The notes under the pieces were generated by a model that worked only from the letters and a program-made list of their open reading frames with translations, searched no databases and was not told the DNA's origin. Positions 9,724 to 18,604 of a DNA stretch of 41,862 bases are shown piece after piece. The stretch's first letter is position 1. The number at the start of each line of letters is the position of its first letter. The position numbers and the translations under genes were made by a program. Source of the DNA: Burkholderiaceae bacterium (GTDB lineage: Bacteria > Pseudomonadota > Gammaproteobacteria > Burkholderiales > Burkholderiaceae_C); NCBI GenBank assembly GCA_041581405.1, contig JBFIDI010000001.1, positions 1 through 41,862 on the forward strand. The letters run 5' to 3'.

Positions 9724-9982
9724 CATGAGCGCCGCCCTCCGTCTGTCCGGTCGCACTGCGTGTCGACCGTCCGAGTCGTGGCGCTGCCAGAGGCAGGCGC
9801 CCCTTCGGCCCGTCCAAGCCTGCGCAGGCAGGCTTGGAGCCGCGGGCCTCAGCCCCACTGGGGGGCGCCCCCTACGGCCTGGCAAAGCCAGTTCCGTGGG
9901 GGCCTGGACTGGCCTGCTCCGCGGCCGCTTGACCTTTCGTGCGTCGTGGGTCGCGCGCAGCGCGGTGGAGCAACTGACATGA
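9720..9982. repeat. Palindrome-rich intergenic insertion (REP/MITE-like) bounded by 9-bp direct repeats CTGACATGA
   Basis: CTGACATGA at 9720-9728 and 9974-9982; perfect 11-bp inverted repeat TCCAAGCCTGC/GCAGGCTTGGA (9813-9838); GGCGCCCC/GGGGCGCC (9796-9803, 9862-9869); CTGGC-AAA-GCCAG inside a further imperfect stem. Confidence 0.6.
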
Positions 9983-10338
9983 CCAGCCTGATGCGCAATG
10001 CCTGTACCGCCGTGCTCGCCCGTGGGGAATGGTGGGAGGGGGCTGTACAGACCGAGCCGTACGAGGCGGCATGGGCCGCCGAAGCGCTGTTTTTCGTGCG
10101 TGTGATGCAGACCGGCGAAGACGCCCACCTGGGTGCGGCCAGCGCGGTGGCGCGGGTGCAGATCTCGCCGGATGGCATGCACTGGGTTGACGAAGGCAGC
10201 AGCATGCGCATACCGGCGCGGGCGCAGGCGCTGGCATTCGCGCGGGTACGCGAATTCGGTGGCTGGTTGCGCCTGGCGGTCGAGGTGCCGGGCGGCTCGC
10301 GCATGCAGGTGGTCGCGACGCTGGCGCTCAAGGCGTGA
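9979..10338 (+). CDS. Small conserved hypothetical beta-rich protein (possibly DUF6385-like)
   Basis: GGAG RBS; TEPYEAAWA.EA.FF, VQISPDGMHWVDEG, FGGWLRL; its stop overlaps the next GTG. Confidence 0.7.
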   Translation: MTSLMRNACTAVLARGEWWEGAVQTEPYEAAWAAEALFFVRVMQTGEDAHLGAASAVARVQISPDGMHWVDEGSSMRIPARAQALAFARVREFGGWLRLAVEVPGGSRMQVVATLALKA

Positions 10339-11312
10339 GGCCACCCGGCGCCGTCGTCGCGCCGCCGGATTATCCGATCGAGTTGTGCCGGGTCGACCTG
10401 GCACCGTACCGCGAAGGCAACACCGGCATCGCGCATGTGCACAGCTTCGACTCGGGCGTGCCGGGTCCGCATGTGATGGTGAACGCACTGACCCACGGCA
10501 ACGAGTTGTGCGGCATGTTTGTGGTGCGGCGCCTGCTCGACGCCGGCATCCGGCCGCGTGCCGGTCGCCTGACGCTGGCGTTTGCCAACGTCGCGGCCTA
10601 CGACCGGTTCGCGCCCGATGCCTTGCACTGGCGTTTTATCGATCGCGACTTCAACCGGTTGTGGAACGACGCGTTGCTGGCACAGGACCATGCGAGCGTG
10701 GAGGCGCGCCGCGCCCATGCCCTGGCGCCGCTGTTGCGGACCGTGGACCGCCTGCTGGACCTGCATTCGACCTGGCACGCGGTGCTGCCGTTCTTCGTGT
10801 TGTCGCGGCTGCCGCGGGTGCGGCGCTGGGCCGACCATCTCGCCGTGCCCGCGCGCCAGTTGCTGCTGCCCGCATTCCGGCACGAGGGATTCCACATGAT
10901 CGACTACGGCGCCTTCGCCGATCCGGATGCGGACGCGATCGCGCTGATTGCGGAATGCGGACAACACTTCGCCCGCGCCAGCGCGGACACGGCATGGCAG
11001 GTGACAGTCCGGTTCCTGCAGGCCTGCGGCTGCATCGGAGATGACGATGCCCGCGCTCTGGGGCAGGAGCCGGTCGGGATACGGGCGATCGAGCGCTACG
11101 AGATCGTGCAACCGGTGATGGCTGCCACCGACGACCTGCGCCTGACCTGTCCGTACGCCGGATTCGTTGCGTTCCGGGCCGGCGGCGTCGCGGCGTACGA
11201 CGGCGAGACGCCCGTGACCGCACCATTCGACGGCGCCGTCGTGCTGGCTCCCCGTCCGGCCCCGCGTGCCGGGCAGCAGGCCTTCGCCTGGGGCCGATTG
11301 GTTACAGGCTGA
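10335..11312 (+). CDS. Succinylglutamate desuccinylase / aspartoacylase (M14) family metallo-deacylase
   Basis: THGNE, DFNR, LLDLHS and ECGQH zinc/catalytic motifs. Confidence 0.88.
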   Translation: MRPPGAVVAPPDYPIELCRVDLAPYREGNTGIAHVHSFDSGVPGPHVMVNALTHGNELCGMFVVRRLLDAGIRPRAGRLTLAFANVAAYDRFAPDALHWRFIDRDFNRLWNDALLAQDHASVEARRAHALAPLLRTVDRLLDLHSTWHAVLPFFVLSRLPRVRRWADHLAVPARQLLLPAFRHEGFHMIDYGAFADPDADAIALIAECGQHFARASADTAWQVTVRFLQACGCIGDDDARALGQEPVGIRAIERYEIVQPVMAATDDLRLTCPYAGFVAFRAGGVAAYDGETPVTAPFDGAVVLAPRPAPRAGQQAFAWGRLVTG

Positions 11313-11436
11313 CAGGAACTGCAGCGCAACGCCGACAACGGCTCCCGGCATGGGTCCTTATACTGACCCTTGGAATCGCGCGCCATGGACGTGTGGTCGA
11401 GCCGGATTCGGGAGCCGGTGTCTATAGCAGGAGCGC

Positions 11437-12060
11437 ATGATGATAGTTGTCCACCACCTCAATGACTCGCGATCGCAACGTGTGTTGTGGTTGCTCGAAG
11501 AGCTCGCATTGCCCTACCAGGTCAAGCGGTACCAGCGCGACGCCGACACCCGGCTCGCGCCGCCCGAGCTCAAGGCCGTACATCCGCTGGGCAAGTCGCC
11601 GGTGCTGGTCGATGACGGACAGACCGTGTTCGAGTCCGGCGCCATCGTCGACTACCTGATCCGCCACCATGGCGACGGTCGGCTGCAACCCTCGATGGGC
11701 TGGCCGGAGTACGAGACCTACCAGCAGTGGCTGCACTATGCCGAAGGTTCGGCCATGTTGCCCCTGATGCTCAAGCTCTACGTGTCGCGTCTGGGCGAGG
11801 CCGGCGCGCCGCTGGCCCCGCGCATCGACAGCGAGATCGCCAACCACCTGGGCTTCGTCGACCAGTCGCTCGAAGGGGCCGAATGGCTGGTGGGCGACCA
11901 CCTGACCGGCGCCGACATCCAGATGAGTTTCGTCGGCGAGGCGGCGCGGGGCCTGCGCGCGCAGTATCCCAACATCGATGCCTGGGTCCGGCGTTTCCAG
12001 GCCCGGCCGGCCTACCAGCGGGCGATCGAGCGGGGCGGGCCGTACGCGCTGGCCAACTAG
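11437..12060 (+). CDS. Glutathione S-transferase
   Basis: HHLNDSRSQRVLWLLEEL, HPLGKSPV, ESGAI, LTGADI; AGGAG RBS. Confidence 0.93.
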   Translation: MMIVVHHLNDSRSQRVLWLLEELALPYQVKRYQRDADTRLAPPELKAVHPLGKSPVLVDDGQTVFESGAIVDYLIRHHGDGRLQPSMGWPEYETYQQWLHYAEGSAMLPLMLKLYVSRLGEAGAPLAPRIDSEIANHLGFVDQSLEGAEWLVGDHLTGADIQMSFVGEAARGLRAQYPNIDAWVRRFQARPAYQRAIERGGPYALAN

Positions 12061-12518
12061 AGCAGCATCAACACGCCGATGATGACCAGGCCGATGAACA
12101 GATTGGCCAGCACCCAGACCCGGATCGAACCCAGCGCCGCGCCGCCGGCCGACCATTCGCTGCTGGCCACGGCGCGTTGCAGCCGCTTGTACAGCACGAA
12201 GCGGACATGGCCGTAGACGGCCATCATCAGCAGTCCCAGCGTGGCCATCACCATCCAGCTCATCGGCATGCGTACGCCGCTGGCGGACGCACCGCTGGCG
12301 AATTCGGCCATCATCCACAGGCCGCTGACCAGCACGATGATGACGGCCGCCGACACGGCGCCGAAGAACCGGCGCAACACGTCGTGCATCAGCGTCACGC
12401 GCTGGGGTGGCTGCAGGCTGCCCAGCGCCGGGCGCAGGAAGAACAGCACGAAGGCCATGCCGCCGACCCACAGGATGATGGACAGCAGGTGCAGGGTCTT
12501 GAGGATGGCGTAGAGCAT
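12057..12518 (-). CDS. CopD-like four-TM membrane protein
   Basis: LHLLSIILWVGGM..LRPA, four hydrophobic segments; convergent CTAG stop overlap with the GST. Confidence 0.75.
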   Translation of the reverse strand: MLYAILKTLHLLSIILWVGGMAFVLFFLRPALGSLQPPQRVTLMHDVLRRFFGAVSAAVIIVLVSGLWMMAEFASGASASGVRMPMSWMVMATLGLLMMAVYGHVRFVLYKRLQRAVASSEWSAGGAALGSIRVWVLANLFIGLVIIGVLMLL

Positions 12519-12537
12519 GGGTGGGCCGTTCGAGGAT

Positions 12538-13689
12538 TCAGGAGCGCGCAAGTATGACAGGGCTTGCCTGTGATGGTCGGCCACCCCTGTCCGCCGGAGC
12601 GGTGCCTGAGCACGGAGCGGTGGCAACCGGCCCGCGTGTTGCATCGACCTGGTGGCCTGCCGCGCCTTTGGCCGGTTCGCGGGCAAAACGGAACAGGTCC
12701 TTGGGATTGCCGGTGCCGGGCGACATCTCCAGCACCGTGCCCCAGCCGTCGCGTTCCGCGATCGCGTACAGCAGGCGCAGCACGGTGTAGTCCTCCAAAG
12801 CGAACCCGACCGAATCGAACACCGTGACCTGGTTGGCGTCTTGTCGCCCCTGTTCCGATCCCGACAGAACGCGCCACAACTCCACCACCGCAAAGTCCGG
12901 CGGCAATTGCTGGATCTCGCCTTCCACACGGGTCTGCGGTTCGAACTCGACAAACACCCTTGCACTGCGCAGCACGTCGGCCTGCAACTCGGTCTTGCCA
13001 ACGCAGTCGCCGCCCACGGCATGGAGATGCATGCCGGGTTCGACCATTTCGGGGCGCAGGATATTGCCATGCGCCATGGCCGCAGTCACCGTCGTGACGA
13101 TATCGGCGCCTTGCACGGCCTGCGCGACCGATTCGGATCGGATGACCCGGAGCGCCGAACAGGCTTCGAGGTTGTGCACCAGCTTGTCGGTGGCCGCCGG
13201 GTCGACGTCATAGACCGTGATCTCGTCAATGCCCAGATGGCGGTGAAACGCGAGTGCCTGGAACTCGCTCTGGGCACCGTTGCCGATCAGCGCCATGCGG
13301 CGCGCATCGGGTCGCGCCAGCACACGCGCGGCCACCAGGGACGTTGCAGCGGTGCGCAATGCCGTTGCCAGGGTGCCTTCGCTGATGAGCAGGGGTCGCC
13401 CGGTTGCAGCTTCGGCCAGCATCCCGACCGCCATGACCGAAAACAGGCCGGAGCCGGTATTGCCAGGGTGGCAGCTGACATACTTGAACGCGAAATGCTC
13501 CTGGTTCGCGACCGGCATCAATTCGTTCACGCCGTCCGGCGACTGGCTTGTCAGCCGGGTCGACTTCTCGAACCCGGACCAGTGCACGAAGTCGTCCCGG
13601 ATGGCGTCGGCCAGCAGGCCGATCAACTGCGCCGTGCCGACCTGCTGCACCAATCGGGACATGGTCGGCAGGTCGAGGATTCGCGTCAT
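12538..13689 (-). CDS. ocd: Ornithine cyclodeaminase / lysine cyclodeaminase family enzyme
   Basis: ELMP, FKYV..HP.N, TALRTAATS, IGNGAQSEFQ, AVGGDC.GKTE, FDSVGFALED, PKDLF. Confidence 0.9.
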   Translation of the reverse strand: MTRILDLPTMSRLVQQVGTAQLIGLLADAIRDDFVHWSGFEKSTRLTSQSPDGVNELMPVANQEHFAFKYVSCHPGNTGSGLFSVMAVGMLAEAATGRPLLISEGTLATALRTAATSLVAARVLARPDARRMALIGNGAQSEFQALAFHRHLGIDEITVYDVDPAATDKLVHNLEACSALRVIRSESVAQAVQGADIVTTVTAAMAHGNILRPEMVEPGMHLHAVGGDCVGKTELQADVLRSARVFVEFEPQTRVEGEIQQLPPDFAVVELWRVLSGSEQGRQDANQVTVFDSVGFALEDYTVLRLLYAIAERDGWGTVLEMSPGTGNPKDLFRFAREPAKGAAGHQVDATRGPVATAPCSGTAPADRGGRPSQASPVILARS

Positions 13690-13899
13690 GGTTTGATCAA
13701 GGTGCGCCGAATGCCGGCCAGCGGCCGACTGCAGCGCGTCCATGCTAACACTGGCTGCGCGACGGTGTCACGTCGGTGCGGGCGCTGGGCAACGGCGTCG
13801 GCACGCGTGCAAAGGGTCAGCGGTTGCACGCATCGGCCCTGCCGGGATACTTTCGGCGCAAGGGCATCGAACCGGCGAAATTCATCGACACTGCACCCC

Positions 13900-14715
13900 A
13901 TGCAAACAGCCAATCCGGTATTCGGGCCAATGGATCGCGTTGCGTTGCCGTTGGACGAAGTCCACGTATGGTGGGCGCCTATCGAGCCCATGCGAGAGGA
14001 TTTTGCGTCGGCATTGCGCGCCATGCTCAGCGAGGATGAACGGCAGCGCCAAGAGACCATGGTCCTGGCGCGGCGGCGCGACGAATACCTGGTGTCCCGT
14101 GCTCTGGTGCGCAGTGTCTTGTCGCACTATCGGGCCCTTGCACCCACGGCCTGGCGTTTTGTCGCCAATGCCCATGGCCGCCCCCGTGTGGCGGCTGCGG
14201 CCGACGCCGGTGAACTTGATTTCAACCTGTCGCATACCCGTGGCATGGTGGTGTGTGCCGTCGCCCACGGGCGACGTGTGGGCGTAGACGTCGAGTGGCG
14301 CGACGAGACCGTCGAGGTGATGGATATCGGCGCCCGGCATTTTGCGCCGTCCGAATACGCCGATCTGTGCGCGACCCCAGCCGATGCACGGTGTCTGCGG
14401 TTTTTCACCTACTGGACACTCAAGGAGTCGTATATCAAGGCGCGTGGGCAAGGGCTTTCCATTGCGCTCGACAGCTTCGCGTTTGCCTTGCACGCGCAGT
14501 TGCCCCCGCAACTGCATCTGGCCGACGGTGACCCGACGGCCATGGCACCCTCGCCGCAATGGCAGTCCGCCGTGGTTCCCTTGACCCAGCATCACCTGGC
14601 CGCGTTGACATTCTCCCGTCGCCCGTCGGCCGAGATCGTGAAGCCGGTCTGGCGCCCGGCGTGCGACTTGCCGCATGCGCCGTGGTACCGGTCCCGGGTC
14701 GTGCCGGCCAGCTGA
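13900..14715 (+). CDS. Sfp-type 4'-phosphopantetheinyl transferase
   Basis: HGRP, FNLSHT, VGVDVE, WTLKESYIKARGQGL. Confidence 0.93.
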   Translation: MQTANPVFGPMDRVALPLDEVHVWWAPIEPMREDFASALRAMLSEDERQRQETMVLARRRDEYLVSRALVRSVLSHYRALAPTAWRFVANAHGRPRVAAAADAGELDFNLSHTRGMVVCAVAHGRRVGVDVEWRDETVEVMDIGARHFAPSEYADLCATPADARCLRFFTYWTLKESYIKARGQGLSIALDSFAFALHAQLPPQLHLADGDPTAMAPSPQWQSAVVPLTQHHLAALTFSRRPSAEIVKPVWRPACDLPHAPWYRSRVVPAS

Positions 14716-14830
14716 CACCGATGCCGTGCCAGGCGAGGGCCACCGGCGGGCTGCAACGGTGTCACGTACGCGTCGGGTGAAACCCGTGTTGTCAAGACCC
14801 GCATGCCGGCGCATTATGATGCCAAGGCCT

Positions 14831-17380
14831 ATGAAGAACGTCGAGGACATCTATCCGCTGACGCCGATGCAGGAACTGATGCTGCTGGGCGCGCGCGGCC
14901 GCATTCGCGATGACCTGCTGTTCAACCAGTCGTGTCTGGTTCTCGATGGTGTTCTGGATGCCGACGCTTTTCGTCACGCGTGGCAGTGTTTGACCGATCG
15001 ACATGCAGCCCTGCGCACGGCGTTCCTGTGGAAGGGTCTGAAACGTCCGATGCAGGTGGTGCGGGCGCAATTGGCCGTTCCGTTCGAGGTCCATGACTGG
15101 CGCGCGCTTGCGCCGGACGATCGTGAGGCGCGATTGCTGCGGTACCGGGAGGACGATCGCGCGAAGGGGTTCGATCTGTCGATGGCGCCGTTGCAGCGCA
15201 TCGCGCTGTTCCGATTCAGCGACCGCTGTACCCATTGGGTCTGGAGCAGTCACCATCTCATCATCGACCGCTGGTGCATCAGTGCCTTGTTCGAGGAATT
15301 TTCGCAGGCATATGCCAATGCGGTGCGGGGTAACGCGACCATGCCGGTCGCGGCGCCCGGGTTTGGCCGGTACGTGGCGTGGGTCCAGCGACGCGACCGG
15401 GCCGCGTCGTTGGCGTACTGGCGTGACGCATTGGGTGATCTGCATGGTGGTGGACTGCTGACACAGGCAAGGCACGAAACATCGCGGCACGCGACGGACG
15501 CGGGCGAGCGATCGGTGCGTGGCCGTACCGACGGCACCGTGGCCCAGGCACTGGGACGATTCGCGCGTGCGCATGGCCTGACCATGAGCACGGTGATCCA
15601 GGCCGGTTGGGCATTGGTCGTCAACCATTACGTGCAGTGCCGCGACGTGGTGTTCGGCATCACCGTGTCCGGACGCCCGGCGGAACTGCGTGATGTGGAA
15701 GCTATCGTGGGCAGTTTCGTCAACAATGTGCCAGTCGTATGGCGTCTGGGGCCTGACGAGCGGGTCGTCGATGTTCTGCAGGCGCACCAACTGGCACAGC
15801 AGCGACGCCAGTCACACGACCATCTCGCGCTGCCGGACATCCTGGCTTGCAGCCGTGTGCAGGCCGACGCGCAACTGCTCGATACCTTGCTCGTGTGGTT
15901 GACCTCGGAGACGACGGCGACCATGGGCGACCTCGCCATCCGACACCAGGACAACGCGCTGCGGACGGCGTATCCCTTGACCTTGACCGTTGCCGAGCAC
16001 GGCGAAGGGCACGGGTTCGAGTTGTTGTTCGAACCCGGACTGCCATTGCCGGCAGCTCCGCGCGACATCATGGACAGGCTTCTGCACACGCTGGGCGTGC
16101 TGGCATCGAGTTCTTCGAACCTGTGTTTCGGTGAGATTCAGGGCTATCGCCGCGCAGACGATGGCCCGGCTCGCCGCGTCCGCGGCCCGCAGTCCGACGT
16201 CGTGGCGGATGCGGATGGCAGCATCGAGGATCAGGCGATTGACGGGCGCGAAGGGCCGGATCTGGCCTTGTTGACCGACATACTGAACACGGAGTGGGCC
16301 CATGTGCTCGGCCTGCGCGAGATCGACCCGGACGCCGACTTCTTTGCGCTTGGTGGCGACTCGATCAAGGCGGTCCGCCTGCATGCACGCGTCACGGCAG
16401 CGACCCGCAGCAAGGTCCCGCTGATGGCGTTGTTCGAGTCCAGCACCATCCGCCAGATGGCTTCGGCCATCCATGCCGGCCGGTGGCCTTTGTCCGGTGC
16501 GATGGCGACCACGATCACCTCGGGCGGAGACGACGCGCCGTTGTTCTGTATCGCCTCGCCGGAGGTCAACACGATCGGCTACGCGTTGCTGGCACGGCAC
16601 CTGCAGCCGAACCGGCCGGTCTATGTGATCCAGGCACCGCCAGGCACGAACGCCGTGCGACGGATGTCACCGTCCGAACTGCCTGCGCTGGCGCAGCTCT
16701 ATGTCGAGGCCATTCGCCAGATCCAGCTCAGCGGGCCCTACCGTTTGCTGGGCATGTGCGTGGGCTCCCAGATTGCTGTCGAAGTGACACGTACGCTGGA
16801 GTCACGCGGCGAAGCTGCCGGCTTCCTGGGCATCATCAATACATGGGGGTATTTCACCGTGTCGCGCCTCATCATTGCACATCGCGCTGCCAATCGTCTG
16901 CGCTGGTACCGAGGCCGCGTCGCCTCACTGGCGGCCATGGATCCGGATGCGCGCTGGCGCCGTCTGCGCGAGTTGGTGGAGCGCAAGCTGATGCGCGTGA
17001 AGTCGAAAGCGAATGCGCAAGACGAGGCCGTCGCCGGGGAGGCTGCGGCGCCCATGTCGACCCCGGCATTGCCGGATCCCTCCAGCCCGACCCCACGGGC
17101 GGAGACCGTCGCCGTGTCGGAAGACGAGTGGCTGGGAGCCATGGGGCGGCCCGCGGCACGTGCGGCGTTCGTGCCGATCCGATCGCCGATCACCGTGCTG
17201 CGCATCGACAAGCAGCCGTATTGGCGCGTCCGCGATCGCTCGCTGGGATGGCGGTTGCAGACGACATCCGTGTCGGTGGTCGACTTGCCGATTGCGGAGC
17301 ACCTGGACATCTTGCGGGAGCCCCATGTGCGATTGGTGGCTCGGCAACTCGATACCTTGCTGGCGGGAATACCGGCATGA
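14831..17380 (+). CDS. NRPS termination protein C(DCL)-T-TE, no A domain, Cys-type TE (start could be 14816)
   Basis: KNVEDIYPLTPMQE, HHLIIDRW, SGRP; T domain FFALGGDSI; TE with GPYRLLGMCVGS and C-terminal EHLDIL. No A-domain core motifs between C and T. Confidence 0.88.
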   Translation: MKNVEDIYPLTPMQELMLLGARGRIRDDLLFNQSCLVLDGVLDADAFRHAWQCLTDRHAALRTAFLWKGLKRPMQVVRAQLAVPFEVHDWRALAPDDREARLLRYREDDRAKGFDLSMAPLQRIALFRFSDRCTHWVWSSHHLIIDRWCISALFEEFSQAYANAVRGNATMPVAAPGFGRYVAWVQRRDRAASLAYWRDALGDLHGGGLLTQARHETSRHATDAGERSVRGRTDGTVAQALGRFARAHGLTMSTVIQAGWALVVNHYVQCRDVVFGITVSGRPAELRDVEAIVGSFVNNVPVVWRLGPDERVVDVLQAHQLAQQRRQSHDHLALPDILACSRVQADAQLLDTLLVWLTSETTATMGDLAIRHQDNALRTAYPLTLTVAEHGEGHGFELLFEPGLPLPAAPRDIMDRLLHTLGVLASSSSNLCFGEIQGYRRADDGPARRVRGPQSDVVADADGSIEDQAIDGREGPDLALLTDILNTEWAHVLGLREIDPDADFFALGGDSIKAVRLHARVTAATRSKVPLMALFESSTIRQMASAIHAGRWPLSGAMATTITSGGDDAPLFCIASPEVNTIGYALLARHLQPNRPVYVIQAPPGTNAVRRMSPSELPALAQLYVEAIRQIQLSGPYRLLGMCVGSQIAVEVTRTLESRGEAAGFLGIINTWGYFTVSRLIIAHRAANRLRWYRGRVASLAAMDPDARWRRLRELVERKLMRVKSKANAQDEAVAGEAAAPMSTPALPDPSSPTPRAETVAVSEDEWLGAMGRPAARAAFVPIRSPITVLRIDKQPYWRVRDRSLGWRLQTTSVSVVDLPIAEHLDILREPHVRLVARQLDTLLAGIPA

Positions 17381-18600
17381 TGCGCACTTCATCCGCGCGA
17401 TGGAGGGCTCTGGTCCAGTTGTGGCTGGTGGCGTCGATTCTGGCGTTGACGATGCCGGCCCAAGCGCACCAGCTCGGGCAAAGCTACATATTTCTGCGTG
17501 TCGCCGATGCCGCCATCGACGGCCGAGTCGAGATCACGGTTTCCGACCTGAACCGCCTGTTGTCACTGAACATTCCCGAGCGTGGCGCCACGCGGGACGA
17601 CGTCACGCCCCATGTCGAAACCCTGGCCGCGTATCTTCGGGAACACATCCGTTTCGCTCCCAATGGCCAGGCGCAGGCACTGGTGTTCGATGACCACGGC
17701 ATCGACGCGATCGCACTGGCCGACTATGTCGTGATGCGTTTCACCCTGACCGACGCCGGGCGTGCCTTGCGCCACGTGGACGTCGAATACCGGGTCGGCT
17801 TCGCGGCCATGCCGGAGCATCGCGGACTGGCGGTGGTCGAGCATGACTGGGGCACGGGAACCTTCAACGACGAAAGCAACGTGGTGGCCGTGTTCTCGCC
17901 CGATGCGCCACGCCAGGTCATCGATCTTTCGCAGTCCAGCGTCTGGACCGGCATGCGCGCCATGGTCGGATTGGGCGCCCACCACATCTGGGTGGGAATC
18001 GATCACATTCTGTTCTTGATGGCCTTGTTGCTGCCGGCCGTGGTGCAACGCCGGGCGGGACGTTGGGAGCCGGTGTCGGATTTTCGCACCGCCTTCTGGC
18101 GGGTCGTGGGCATCGTGACGGTGTTCACCGCGGCACACACCATCACCTTGAGCCTGGCGGCGCTGGACGTGGCCGCATTGCCGTCTCGCATCGTCGAGTC
18201 GGTGATCGCGTTGTCCATTGCCGCCGCCGCGCTCGATGTGTTGTATCCGGTGTTTGGCCGGCGCATCCTGCTGGTGGTGTTCGGATTCGGACTGTTTCAC
18301 GGCTTCGGGTTCGCGAGCGTATTGCGCGACATGGGGATTCCAGGCAATTACATGGTGCATTCGCTGGTGGGGTTCAATGTGGGGGTCGAACTGGGCCAGC
18401 TGCTCATCGTTGCGGTGGCATTTCCGTTGATGTTCATGCTGCGTCGCACCCGTTTCTATCTGGTGTACGTGTTGCGCCCGGGCGCGGTCGCATTGATCGG
18501 TGTCGCCGCCTACTGGTTCACCGAACGTGTGCTCGAGATCGACCTTCCGCTGGGGGCCTTGTTGCAATGGCCCTTCAAGGCGCTGACGCAAGGCGGGTGA
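17377..18600 (+). CDS. HupE/UreJ-family membrane protein with N-terminal periplasmic domain
   Basis: Signal ending AQA-H; GAHHIWVGIDHILF, FTAAHTITL, VESVIALS, FGLFHGFGFA, FNVGVELGQ. Confidence 0.88.
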   Translation: MMRTSSARWRALVQLWLVASILALTMPAQAHQLGQSYIFLRVADAAIDGRVEITVSDLNRLLSLNIPERGATRDDVTPHVETLAAYLREHIRFAPNGQAQALVFDDHGIDAIALADYVVMRFTLTDAGRALRHVDVEYRVGFAAMPEHRGLAVVEHDWGTGTFNDESNVVAVFSPDAPRQVIDLSQSSVWTGMRAMVGLGAHHIWVGIDHILFLMALLLPAVVQRRAGRWEPVSDFRTAFWRVVGIVTVFTAAHTITLSLAALDVAALPSRIVESVIALSIAAAALDVLYPVFGRRILLVVFGFGLFHGFGFASVLRDMGIPGNYMVHSLVGFNVGVELGQLLIVAVAFPLMFMLRRTRFYLVYVLRPGAVALIGVAAYWFTERVLEIDLPLGALLQWPFKALTQGG

Positions 18601-18604
18601 GCAG

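Noticed and set aside
9760-9978. N-terminal extension of the 9760-10338 ORF
   Set aside because: Runs through the palindromic insertion; the RBS and protein-like sequence start at 9979.
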